Shown here one piece after another: positions 12,340-24,749 of a stretch of DNA of 64,000 bases (the stretch's first letter is position 1; every line of letters begins with the position of its first letter). The notes under the pieces are model-generated. The model had not been told where the DNA came from. It saw only the letters and a list, made by a program, of their open reading frames with translations, and did not search any database. The translations under genes were made by a program, and so were the position numbers. This DNA is from Azolla caroliniana (Eukaryota; Plantae; Polypodiophyta): contig JBHGNT010000110.1 of NCBI GenBank assembly GCA_043228905.1, positions 1 to 64,000 on the forward strand. Direction: 5' to 3'.

Positions 12340-13560
12340 TCTAACTTAATGCCATGATGGTTCGCTTGCGGGCCATTTTGGGTCGTCAAAACTTTAGAGC
12401 TGATCTCTCAGACCTATTGGTGGCCCCAAATGTGGAAGCTAGTGAAAGACTTCATCAAGAATTGTGACATCTGTGCTTGATCTAAAACAATCCATCATCT
12501 GTGGTCATCCATTTCTATGGACTTCATCACCGACTTGCCACTCTCTGAGGGACATGAGTCCATCTTGGTAGTCATGGACCAATTTACCAAAATGGCGCAT
12601 TTTATACCATGTTCCAAAGCCATCTCGGGCTTAGAGATAGTGAATCTAATCTTGGCGAATGTTGTGCACATCCATGGGTTGCCTGATGACATCGTCTCTG
12701 ATCATGGTGCCCCATTTATTTCCCATTTTTGGAAACGTCTCTTCCATATTCTCGACACCACCACCAACTTATCGACGGCATTCCATCCACAAATAGACAG
12801 GCAGATGGAACGCGTAAATCAGGTACTAGATCAATATCTTCGATGTGTGGTGAGTTACCAACAAGACGATTGGACTATGTTCCTCCCGTTGGCTGAATTT
12901 GCTTATAATTACACCCTTCAATCATCCCTCGGCACCTCCCCATTCTTTGCCAACTTTGGTTTTCAACCTCGCTTCAGCACATCCCTTCCCTCCGGTTCGG
13001 TGAACCCCCTCGGCTGAAGAGCGGGGCATGTCATCTAAAAGAAATCCACCAAGATCTAACTCTTGAGCTCATTAATGTGCAAGACCAACAAAAGGCAACG
13101 ACCAAGCATTTACGGGCTCCTGTGCCCAACCTTCAAGTAGGTGACATGGTTTGGCTACTATGGTGCAATATTACGACCACTCATCCATGTGCCAAGCTAG
13201 ATTACACAAAATTGGGCCCCTTCCACATCTTCGAGTGTATCAATCTTGTGGCCTATTGGCTCGACCTTCCTCCCCATTATCGCATCCATGAAGTTTTTCA
13301 TGTGTCTCTCTTGGGGGTTTACCATCCCTCTGTACTTTTCCAGGCGGCAACCCGCTCGACCACCGCCCATTGAGTTGGAGTCTTACATTGATTATGAAGT
13401 TCAAGAAATCCTCGACTCCAAGCTTCTACATCGAAAACTCTATATCTGAAGTTATACTTGGGAACCTCACCACCATTTGATGAATGCAGTCGAGGCAATT
13501 CGTGATTTCCATCTTCGTTATCCACACAAGCCTACGCCGCCTTGAAGTTGGCGCTAAACA
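12340..13560 (+). pseudogene. Chromovirus-type Ty3/gypsy integrase plus chromodomain fragment
   Basis: GHFG...YWWP zinc-finger region, SMDFITDLP...IVSDHG...STAFHPQ.D.Q.ERVNQ core (ORF 12517-13017), KL...KLGPFHI module and chromodomain-like DYEVQEILDSK. A purine tract at ~13559-13570 precedes TGTCAC at 13571 (probable 3' LTR start). Confidence 0.82.
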
Positions 13561-14319
13561 AGGGGGATAATGTCACAGACATGAAAACGTTCATGTCAAG
13601 ATCGAAACTCGTGACCTCCTGTGTTATAATCGAGAGTTATGTGTTAACCAACATGTCCAATTTACAATCATATATATAATTGTTCATTGTAGCTTTAAGG
13701 TATCATCATGAGCATAATTGCTCCATTGTATTATTCACACTTGGCACATGCATGCATACATACATGCTCTAGTGTATCACATGCACACAACAGGCATATG
13801 TGTCGTGCCGCTTAGTATAAATATTTGAGTTCACCTTGAATGAATTCAAGGTGACCAACACTAGTTAATGATACTTGCCCTTAGCTTGTAAATCGTGTCT
13901 TATTAGTCAATCGTGTTTCTGTAGCACTTTTAGGCTTGTCGATCACATCCTTGTAGTATCCTTGTAGCTCTGATTCTTCTGTCCTTAACAAGTCGATTAA
14001 ACTAGTCGACTCCTATGTCGGCTAGCTAGTCGGTCCGACTGGCAGACTTTGTCTTCGACCATCACGTGAGCCTGACTAGTCGACCTAGTCTTCACATGGA
14101 TCATCCATCCAATACAGGCGACTGCCACAATCGACTCTCAATTTCCTTTAATTAGTCGACTCGTTGGTCGATTCGATCGACCATCCTGAAATCAGCTTGT
14201 CGACTCCTCCAATTTGACTGTCGACTTCTCCCATTATAGGGATAAAACCCTAACATTAAGCAACTTTGTTTAACTGTGTGTTGTAATTTACTAGTCGGTT
14301 GTAGCCGGCTTAGGTGTTG

Positions 14320-15021
14320 TGTTAAGAACATATTACAATCCGATCAAGTATAGTTCTGTGTGAACTTACCTTGTGTAGGGAACTGGAACGCTCCCTATAC
14401 GCAACGCTCGGCCACAACCGAGCTTAGGATCATACACAGAAAACGGGAAATAAAGAACGACACAATGGAAGAGAAGAGTACGCAGGATGTTTAACGTGGA
14501 AAACCCCAAACTAGGGAAAAAACCACGCCAGCCCATAGGCTGCAAACTATCACTAGGTTAGTATGTACAGCAGTGAGTTCACTGAGGCAACGACCTCGTG
14601 CTCACAGATCTTCGCCACAGGCGGCGGTTACAACAGAGGCAGCGACCTCTTTCTCTCTCTCTCTCACACTCTGTACAATTACGCACTCTCTTTCTTTTCT
14701 TGCACCAACAAGAAACGACAACACACAACTAAAAGTTTGCCCTAAGTCATATTTATACTAATATGACTTTTTGGCTATTTACAAATATAGCCTCGATGGA
14801 CTCTCAGAAACATATTTACGAATATGTCTCTTCATCCGGTTCATACCGGGTCTGCACCATCCGGCTCTCCGTAGCCGGGTACTCCTCATCCGGTTCATAC
14901 CGGGTCTGCACCATCCGGCTCTCTGTAGCCGGGTACTCCTCATCCGGTTTTGGCCTCGGCCGAGTTCGTTCATCAGCACTGTTCTTCTTCCTTCCCATCC
15001 GGAGGGACCTGTCTCCCAACA
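14320..15021 (-). repeat. Probable solo LTR with an internal 54-bp tandem repeat (14832-14950)
   Basis: TG...CA ends (TGTTGGGAGA on -), a GGTTTTTTCCC...GGGGTTTTCCACGTTAAA block typical of plant copia LTRs, and about 2.2 copies of a 54-bp unit. Flanks match only 3/5 (TGTTG/CCTTG). Confidence 0.5.
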
Positions 15022-16071
15022 CCTTGTTACATTTGGGTGTATCGTGCAATACCGCGTTGTCGTGAAGAAAACCGGCCTAAGGAGGATTTAAGAGATAAAG
15101 CGTGTGAACCGACTCCTTTACATGGGGACGCATACATTAATAACTTTACACATGACTAGGAGTAGGTCGGCATGATGTAAATATACTAGGAAGAATATAT
15201 TTATTAGCTAGAAAATCGAAGTGTATCTCTGCCCAAAGGGACAGAGAATAAAGATGATCTAAACCGGATGTGACAGTCTCTCCCCGACAGCCTATAAAAG
15301 GATGGCGAGAAGGCTGAAACAGTATCGCGTTTTAAGGGCGAGGACGAAGTGATGTCGGACTGGGAACCGAGCATTCTTGTCCTCATTTCCGTTGGTCTCT
15401 GCAAGTTTTCGCGGGGTCATCTCTACTCGCGAGAGAAGCCCGTGCGCTTCTGGTTGAGGCTCTATTGAGTGTTTTGTGTGTGTGTGGGTACTTGCTCGGT
15501 CACTCGCCGGTGTGCCGGTTGTAATTTGCTTAGTTGTCTTAATCGATTCTTTGGGTTGCGGCCTCTCGGTGTATTTGTGTATACTCTAATTCACTGTCGT
15601 CACAGAGCCGGTCGAGCGCGTGTCTCTATTCATTTTGTACGCAGTTGTGTTATTTGTTTTACTTGGTGAGCACTGCTTGCTTGTGAAAGGCACTTGCCAA
15701 CCTTGTATAATTACTTACCGGAGGTCGGTACTTGCCGGCCCATCGCTTCCGCTCTCTTCTCTCTCTGTTTCTATGCACTCCTCGGTCCAGGGCCCCCGCG
15801 TTCCCGCCTTAGTTTCCTACGCGTAAGCGAAACAATATGACATCTAATTTGGTGAACCCGGCGTGAACAAGGCGGCAAAGGAGTCAAAAGATGAGAGGGT
15901 TCGAACTCGCCGAAGCCATGGCGGTGGCCATCGACCGGCTAGTGAACGCTCGTGAGGGTATAGGTGCACTCGATAGGTCCATTGAGTCGATTGTCAGCAT
16001 GATAGGCCGGTTCGGGGGGAAGAACGCTCCAAGCTATCTAGAGACCTATCGGGCCGAGATGATAATGAGGA

Positions 16072-19000
16072 TGTTGAGAGACAAGCTCAACATCGGTCGG
16101 ATCGGCTGAAAAAGCCGAGGACCGGATCGGTTGGGACCGATCGGTTAGGCCGAGTGCGTAAACCGGGAGGTCGTTAGGAAAGATATTCCGTGAGGAATAT
16201 ATTTGGGAGTTAGTGTAGGAGCTCTAGATGAGCATTGAAGTATTGTCAGTACTTCGGTCAGTCCTTCTAGGACTTGTATAAAAGTGCTCACTGAGCACGT
16301 CTTATGTACAGACTGAGTATTATTGTGGAATATAGTTTTTTGTGTTTTCTCTCTCTGTCTCTCCCGCGTATACCGTGTAAGCTCAAGCTCTCCATTAAAC
16401 CTGAGTTTCCTTCCTTCTGTTTGGTCTTCATACTTGCTTCCGCACGTTACTTTCTACATGGTATCAGAGCGCGAGGGTTGAGAACCTCTCTGCAGCTGAC
16501 ACAACTTGACGAAGAAGAACAAGAAGAACGATGGATAGAGGCATGGCGAGCTCGCTTCCAACAAAGAAGCTCGACAGAACCAACTACGTGTCTTGGTCCT
16601 ACAAGAGGCACCAGTACCTGCTCGGGCACGGCTACTAGAGTTATGTCGAAGGAGCTAATGACGCGGCACCCGAATCGACACACAGAGACTTCCCGTCGTG
16701 GGAGCAATCGGTGAGCAGGGTATTGTACTGCTTCGCGTCGTGTGTGGGCGAACAACTATTGAGCTATGTTCGGGATGCAAAGACATCGAAGGGTGCGTGG
16801 GAAAATCTGAAGAAGATTTTCGCCGCAAGCACCACAGCCAGGAAGCTTCAGCTCGGACAGGAGTTGAGCAACCTACGACAACGCGACTTGTCAGTGGCGG
16901 ACTATACCTCGAAGATCAAGGATATCTACGACTCCCTCGCCTCCATACACGTGAACATCCAGGAGAGCGAGATGGTCCAGATCTGTCTCAGAGGTTTGGC
17001 GTTGAAGTTCGGAGCGTTCCGAACGGCTGTGTGTACCCGGGAGAATACGCCGTCCTTTTTCGACCTACAGTCGATGCTCCTAGTAGAGGAGAACCAAGTG
17101 GGTGCCTCGACGAGCACGCACACCGACAACAGAATGTTGTACACGGAGGGAGATAGGCCCCGTGGACGTGGAGGATGAGGCGAGTCGGCACGCAATGGAG
17201 GCGGCCGACGAGATCAAGAAAGAAGGCACCGAAGTGATGCCGACAGCAACTCCGGACCCTCCGGAAACAGGGGGAGTCGAAGCGATGAGAACCGGCAAGG
17301 GAAGTCCATCGCGGAGTGTTGGTACTGTGGCAAGAAAGGCCACAAGGAAAGTGAGTGCTGGAAGAAGCGCGCCGATTCGGAGAGAACTGGTTCCGGGAAC
17401 GGCTCCAGACATACCGACAAGGGAAATCGGCGGCGATCGCACTACGCCGAAGACTCCGGGAGAGCCGGAGAAGGGACTGCCTTCGTGACGAGACACAAAG
17501 CAAACTCAATGAAGCAAACCACCCCGAGATCGGACGAGGTGTGGTACGTAGACACCGGCGCGTCAAACCACATGACGAGCCATAAGGAGTGGTTCTCGTA
17601 CCTTGAAAAACCGGTACAACCTGGAGTAGTCGCAACAGGAAACGACACTCCGCACCCGATCGCGAATGTCGGAGAAGTTCCCCTTAGCCATGTCGGGCCG
17701 AAAGGGAAACTCATGAACGTGCTGCACGTTCCGACAATCACGAAAAACTTGGTCTCGGTCGGACAGATCGTCGACCAAGGGATGGAGGTTCGGTTTACAC
17801 ACCTCGGGTACTTCATTGAGGAAGAAGGCCATGTGATTGCGCAAGGGCGCTGAGACGGGAGGATGTTCATCCTCGACTCCACTGACGGAGGCACCGCAAT
17901 GTTCGCGAAGGGACAAAAGACCGAGTCGGACATCGACTTGTGGCACAAGCGGATAGGCCACGTCAACCACCAACGGCTTCAAGATCTGCAATCAAAACAG
18001 GTAGTGTTCGGATTGCCCAAATTTAGTGGTCGAAAGGCACAGATTTGTGAAGCCTGCCAGCTCGGGAAGCAACACTGACTTCCCTTCCCCAACGAGCGAA
18101 ATCAGAGCCGGAACAAGCTCGACCTTATGCACTCCGATGTATGGGGGCCTGCACAAAACGTTAGTCTTGGCGGGAGCCGATATTTCGTTTCCTTCATCGA
18201 CGACCACACGCGGCACACGTGGATCTACCTCATTGAGAGGAAGAGCGAAGTCTTCGACTGTTTCCGGGACCTCAAAGGGTTCGTGGAAGCTGAAACGGGT
18301 CGAAAGATCAAGTGCCTACGGTCGGATGGCGGAAAAGAGTACTTTTCCGGTCAATTCAACGATTACCTACAACAAATGGGAATTCGCCGCGAATTCAGTT
18401 GTAGATACACGCCGGAGCAGAACGGCGTGGCCGAGCGAAAGAATCGGTTGATTGTGGAAGCGGCACGGGCAATGCTGGAGGAGAAGAGCTTGCCCAAGTT
18501 CTATTGGGCCGAGGCGGTAAGGACCGCGGTATACATCCAGAACCGGATCGGAGATAAAGTGTCGGCACACGAGCTATATTTCACAACGAAGCTGAACTTG
18601 CGACACTTGAGGGTGTTCGGTAGCATTGCGTATGTGCATGTACCGAAGGAGAAAAGGAGGAAGCTGGACGCAAAGGTTGAGAAATGCATCTTGGTCGGTT
18701 ACTCGGACGAGCAGAAGGTTTATAAGTGCTATAACCCTCGTACCAAACAAGCGCGTGTCAGCCGTGACGTTGTGTTTGACGAGGCCGCGTCCTGGTACCT
18801 GCCCCCGACTCGGAACCCCGACTAAGCAAGGCCGAGATGCCTCCGGATGAGCCCGAAATCGAGACCCGCGAAGAGAGTCCGATTTCACTCCGGTTAAGTG
18901 GACCGATTGGACAACTGAGTCGGTACGACCAGTCCGATGAAGAGCCGGCGAGTAGTGGAGACTCGGCCATGCATTCCCCGCGCAGGAAGCCGAGGAGACG

Positions 19001-21724
19001 GCTTACGCGCAAAGAGAAAGGGAAGAAGAAGGTGTCGAATTCCGGCACAGAAAGGAACGAGTCAGACCGACACGAGTCCGACTCCGAGGGAACCAGTGAC
19101 AGGTCTTTAAAGATGAAGACCGCGTCGACCGAGAAGGCCTCGACATCGGCTAATACGCGATTTCGCCGATCTACCCGCCAAAAGAACCCAGTTGTGCGGT
19201 TCGGTTACAACGAGTACATGGCGCATCATTATGCGTACATGACCCGTGTAGCAGAAGTGCGTGAGCCGGAGAGCTATGCAGAAGCGGCTAAAGACGCGAA
19301 TTGGCGTGCCGCGATGGAGGAAGAGGTGCACGCATTGGCGGAGAATGAGACCTGGGACCTGGTTGACGCACCGAAGGGTGTAAAACCGATCGGGTGTAGG
19401 TGGGTGTACAAGGTCAAGTACAACACCGATGGCTCGGTCAACCGGTACAAGGCTCGGCTAGTGGCAAAGGGCTACGCGCAGAAACACGGCATCGACTACG
19501 ATGAGACGTTTGCGCCGGTCGCGAAAATGACGACCGTCCGTGTTTTGCTGGCAGTAACCGCGGCCAAGGGGTGGCACTTACATCAGATGGATGTAAAGAA
19601 TGCGTTCCTGCAAGGTGACCTTGAGGAACATGTGTACATGGTACAACCCCCCGGATTTCACTCTGGAACGAACTCCTCGGCAGTATTCCGACTGAAGAAG
19701 TCCCTTTACGGACTGAAGCAAGCCCCGCGTACCTGGAACGTGAAGATCACGCAACAACTACGTCGGATGGGCTTCGTCACGTCAAAATCAGACTCTTCCC
19801 TGTTCATCTGGAAAGGTCGACTCGGACCGGTTAGTATTCTACTATATGTGGATGACTTGGTCATCACTGGCGCTGACCTAGGTGAAATCGACCGCGTGAA
19901 GCTCCAGCTTGCGGCATCATTCAAAATGAAGGATCTGGGGGACCTTCATTACTTCCTCGGGATCGAAGTGATCCGTAACCCCGAAGGCATATTGATCAGC
20001 CAACGTCATTATGTGCTGAGTATGCTCTTCAAATTCGGGATGGCCGACTGTAAGTCCGTCTCGACTCCTCTAGACAGAACCGCGAAGCTTCGTCCCAATA
20101 CGGGACAGGTATGCGACCCGACGAGGTTCCGACAAATTGTCGGAAGCCTCATATACTTGACCATCACCCGACCCGACCTCAGTTATCCGGTCGGGGTGAT
20201 CAGTCAGTTCATGGCGCAACCTACCGAGGAGCACCTTCAGTGTGCGCAACGCATACTTCGGTATGTCAACGGCACTAAGGACCGGGGACTGCTATATCGG
20301 ACCGGTGCAGCCACGCGGTTAGTCGGCTACACCGATGCTGATTGGGCTGGCACCGCCGCCGATTGCCGATCCACGTCCGGATACGCGTTCTCCCTCCGGA
20401 GTGTCGCGATCGCGTGGAGCAGTAAGAAGCAGCTGACAGTTGCATGCACTGTCGAGCACCGAAGCTGAGTACCGAGGAGCGGCTGTCGCGACATGCGAAG
20501 CCATATGGTTGAAGCGGCTACTTAAGGACCTGCAAGAGGAGGTGTCCGATCCGACAACGATCTACTGCGACAACCTTAGCAACATCCAGCTCGCGAAAAA
20601 CCTCGTTTTCCACGCACTGACCAAGCACATTGAGGTGCACTACCATTTCGTCCGTGAGCGTGTCCTTTCTGGTGAAGTCGATATTCAGTACGTTCCGACG
20701 GATTGGCAGGCTGCCGACATCTTCACCAAGCCACTTGGTTTGGACAAGTTGCGCAATTCTCAGGTGCGCTCGGATTGCGTAACCTTGACGTGCCGAACTT
20801 GAGGGGGAGAACAGTCCCGAACGACCAAGCAAGGCAGTAGGAAAGGAGCGGAGACCGTGACACCGAGTCTTAGTCGGTAGACTCGGTTGACAAGTTCGAC
20901 ATCGGATCGGCTGAAGAAGCCGAGGGCGGACCCGCGGAAAAGTTTGGAAGCAGACAGAAGGGGAGCAACCGAAGTAGAGAGCCGAAGCCAACCACGCATG
21001 AGGAGGATGACGCCATCGAGGGCGAGAAGACCGAAGACGAGTTGGAGACAGCCAACTCGGACGAGAACGAAAACCGATCGGAGGTAGCCGAGTCGGTTCG
21101 GATGTTTGATTCAGACACGCTGAATCAACCGAGGCCCAAGCGGAAGAAAAGGCAGCAGAAGAAGCGTCAACACCGCAACTACAGAAGAGCTGATGAGGGC
21201 CACATGAGCAGACAAGCCGACCGGAAGGGTCAAACACGCGGAGTCGAATAGGTCGAGGAGCGTGAGCGAGGCGAGAAGCCAGGAGGAACCGGTGTTGTGA
21301 AGATCCTGAAGAGCCTCAAGTTGAGCTTGAGGGGGAGTGTTGAGAGACAAGCTCAACATCGGCCGGATCGGCTGAAGAAGCCGAGGATCGGATCGGTTGG
21401 GACCGATCGGTTAGGCCGAGTGCGTAAACCGGGAGGTCGTTAGGAAAGATATTCCGTGAGGAATATATTTGGGAGTTAGTGTAGGAGCTCTTGATGAGCA
21501 TTGAAGTATTGTCAATACTTCGGTCAGTCCTTCTAGGACTTGTATAAAAGTGCTCACTAAGCACGTCTTATGTACAAACTGAGTATTATTGTGGAATATA
21601 GTTTTTTGTGTTTTCTCTCTCTGTCTCTCCCGCGTATACCGTGTAAGCTCAAGCTCTCCATTAAACCTGAGTTTCCTTCCTTCTGTTCGGTCTTCATACT
21701 TGCTTCCGCACGTTACTTTCTAAA
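16072..21724 (+). mobile_element. Full-length but mutated Ty1/copia retrotransposon
   Basis: 387-bp LTRs 16072-16458 and 21338-21724 (about 9 substitutions by eye), 5-bp TSD GAGGA, PBS TGGTATCAGAGC at 16459 and PPT before 21338. gag-CCHC-PR-INT-RT-RH order, broken by stops and frameshifts. Confidence 0.96.
18837..20468 (+). CDS. Copia pol fragment (RT and start of RNase H)
   Basis: ARLVAKGY, QMDVKNAFL, SLYGLKQAPR, YVDD and GYTDADWAG motifs; frameshifts into ORF 20440-20802. Confidence 0.85.
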   Translation: MPPDEPEIETREESPISLRLSGPIGQLSRYDQSDEEPASSGDSAMHSPRRKPRRRLTRKEKGKKKVSNSGTERNESDRHESDSEGTSDRSLKMKTASTEKASTSANTRFRRSTRQKNPVVRFGYNEYMAHHYAYMTRVAEVREPESYAEAAKDANWRAAMEEEVHALAENETWDLVDAPKGVKPIGCRWVYKVKYNTDGSVNRYKARLVAKGYAQKHGIDYDETFAPVAKMTTVRVLLAVTAAKGWHLHQMDVKNAFLQGDLEEHVYMVQPPGFHSGTNSSAVFRLKKSLYGLKQAPRTWNVKITQQLRRMGFVTSKSDSSLFIWKGRLGPVSILLYVDDLVITGADLGEIDRVKLQLAASFKMKDLGDLHYFLGIEVIRNPEGILISQRHYVLSMLFKFGMADCKSVSTPLDRTAKLRPNTGQVCDPTRFRQIVGSLIYLTITRPDLSYPVGVISQFMAQPTEEHLQCAQRILRYVNGTKDRGLLYRTGAATRLVGYTDADWAGTAADCRSTSGYAFSLRSVAIAWSSKKQLTVACTVEHRS

Positions 21725-22804
21725 GAGGAACATCCCGGAAGATAGGCGGTTGACCGGATTTCCTCAAGTGGTGACACCAGTCATCCACACAGAGGTGCTC
21801 GAAGTGCAGGCTGGTTGCCAAACCTAGGAGGACGTCGAAGGGCAGCTCCTCGAGAAGTACGAGTTCGATGACTCGCTTCGGCTATCGAAGCGGGACTTCA
21901 TGGAATGGGTTGAGACCCCCGGAAAGGGGAGGAACGCATTGGCGCTCCTCCAAGAGTTCGCAAAACGGTTTCCCGTCTCTTGGCGTTAGACAAGACCGTG
22001 CTCGACATGAGCCAAGTCCTGTTATTCGTCAAGTCTGTGGACGTGCAAGACCGAGAGCAGGTGGGTCTCCTGTTAGAGACGGATGAAGGGCTCACGGTCG
22101 ACTGGGCTGTGGTGAAGAGGGTTTGCAGTCGTTTTGACAAACAACGCGAGTGGAGCGACGAGGGGTCGTCGACAATGGGACCAGTCTTGGCAAGGAAGCT
22201 TGAGGAGCCGCTGCCGGCGCGCAAGGAGGAGACCCAGAGTTGGCTAGAGACAGGCTCGGCCCCGACCAGCGTGGTTAAGGGACCATCCGGAGGAGCGGCT
22301 CTGGAAGAGTTGACACATATGGTGCGTGATCTTCAAATCGCCCAGGCCCAGAGGGATAGCAGAGGCCAACCGCGGGACCGGAAGCCTCCGGCAGGACAAT
22401 GATGCATGTGGTGCGACGCGGTCGGCCACGTTTAGAAGGAGTGCGCGGACTTTGCCGACGTGCTTAGAAGCAATGTAGTGTATCTGTGGAACGGGCGGGT
22501 GCATGCTGGCGACACCCGGCAAGCCTTAGAGTTGAATATTAGGCGTGGGGGAATGAAGCGATTGATGGAAGAAGTCGTGGCGCAACACACTGAAGCGATC
22601 CACTACTCACATCGGCCGAAATCCGGGCCGGTAGTGACAGTGGCAGCAAAGGAGCGAAAGACTCTGGATTCTAGCCCTCGGTGCTTTAAGGACTCTCGGG
22701 AGTACGACTGATGAAGAAAGAAGCGAAGTGCGCAGAGAAGCAGATCCGAGAGGTTACCGGATGGGACGATCCGGTCGAGGAGAAGACCGGATTCGTGGAA
22801 GCGG

Positions 22805-24051
22805 TGTCGTGTGAATCTTCACACACTATGTAAAATAATAATGAAATAATTATTATAGATTAGATTAGTAGCTTACTATAGAAAGATGGATATACTCAAG
22901 AGGTTCAAAATGTATTTTACTATATACAAAATGGAGAAATACATATCAAGTTATGAGAAAATAAAGTTTGAGAAGATAGGGAAATTAGAACTATCCCACA
23001 TAGATAGGAAAGTTAAGGCCCTGGCTATATAAACACCTTGAGCTCCTTCATTTTTCATTTGTGCTAAGGGCACTTTGGCCACTTTGTCTTGATGGATGAT
23101 GGTGGCCAAATTCCCTAAAACCGGAAACTAGCCTGTAAGCAAATCTGGAAACCGGTCGGTAAGCAAATTCGGAAACCAGCCGGTATGCAATCCGGAAATC
23201 AGCCGGTATGCAAAATCGGAACCGGCCAACAAGCAAACCGGAACCGGAACCGGTATGCAAACAGGAAACCGGCCGGTAAGCAAAACCGGAACCGGCCGGC
23301 AAGCAAAATCGGAACCGGAACCGGCCGGCAAGCAAAATAGAATCGGCTATTGGACGAGGGTTGGACGCGGACGGACAAAAGATTGGATCATGTAACAAAC
23401 TAAAGTAAAGGCCATGTGGATGCAAGCAACTAAAGTTGGAGTGCATGGAAAAAGTAAAGGTCATGTGGACAGTCACATGCAACCAAAAGAAAAAGCTAGG
23501 CAACTAAAAGTAGAGGCCATGCAACAAAAAGTAGAAAGGCTATGATCAAGGGAGAACTCTATATATATTCCATTTTTTTTCTTACACTAGGGGACTCTCC
23601 ATATTATCTCGATTATTTTTCTTTTCCTTCTCAACTCCCTTATCTTAGGGAAGCCATATCTCTCATAAACCCTAATTTCCTTACGGAATCCAAAAACCCT
23701 AATCTTCCCTACGGAAGCCATAACACTAAAAAATGCTAATCTTCCCTACGGAAGCCATAATACTCATATAACCATAATCTCTTATCAAAGCCAAGAACCC
23801 TAAATCTCTATGGAATCCATATCTTAGTTTCTTCTAATCTATTTATTCTAGCAATCTCCTTAAGATAAAACTTTTGTAATCTCAATCTTGAGATTGATTG
23901 TAATCTTTCTTTCCCTTTATTAATGAAATTTGTGAATCTTTATCATTTTGCATTAATTGTTTAATATAATCATTGGAATCTGATATCTTTCGGTCCGAGG
24001 CCCCGGGGTCCTGCCTCAAAGTTCACGTATCCTCGTCGTATTTTTCCGACG
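22805..24051. repeat. Solo LTR (1,247 bp) inserted in gypsy gag
   Basis: TGTCG...CGAC(G) termini and 4-bp TSD GCGG (22801-22804, 24052-24055). The host gag frame (VEAACQNYE) is restored on removal. Internal CCGGAACCGG/AAGCAAA tandem repeats at 23120-23345. Confidence 0.8.
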
Positions 24052-24749
24052 GCGGCGTGCCAGAACTACGAGGTTCTAGTAGAGGAGAAGCGTGCGGGAA
24101 AGGCCGGAGGAGCCGGACCCTTACAGCAGTATGAGACACTGTTCAGGCCGAAGCAAAATGATGCCGATAACACCGGCGCACCGGATAGAGAGGTCGACGG
24201 ACCTGCGGAAGGTCCTCGAGGAGCGGATTCTCAACATCAAGGTGGAGTTATCGCTGAGGGAGGTACTCGGGATCGCCAAGAAGGAGTTCCACGATTCCGT
24301 CGTGGATTGGTGAAGCGCAAACGGCTCTCGACGGAGCCAAAACCGGAGAAGCCCGTGGAGGTGCGGACAGCGCACCTAGAAGATATGGTCCAGGAGGACA
24401 AGTTGGTGGAGAGCCACTATTCGAAGTTGCACTGGGAAAGAGCTACTACAAAAACCACGGTTCGGATTGGGGACGTCCAGGAGCCGGTGGTGGCATTGAT
24501 AGACCATGGATCCGAAATCAACCTGATGTCTATGGACTTCTTCAACAACGAAAAGTGGCCGATCAACACTAATCACGGGTGGAAGATACGCGCGGCGACA
24601 CGTGCTACGGAGGAACTGCACGGGGCATGCCCGAATGTACGTGTGAAGATCGGAGATGTCGAGATTGACCAGCACTTTTTCGTGCAGGAGACATCTTCAC
24701 ACCCGGTGATACTCGGCGAACCATACATTATGGCGGCTTGCATGGAGAC

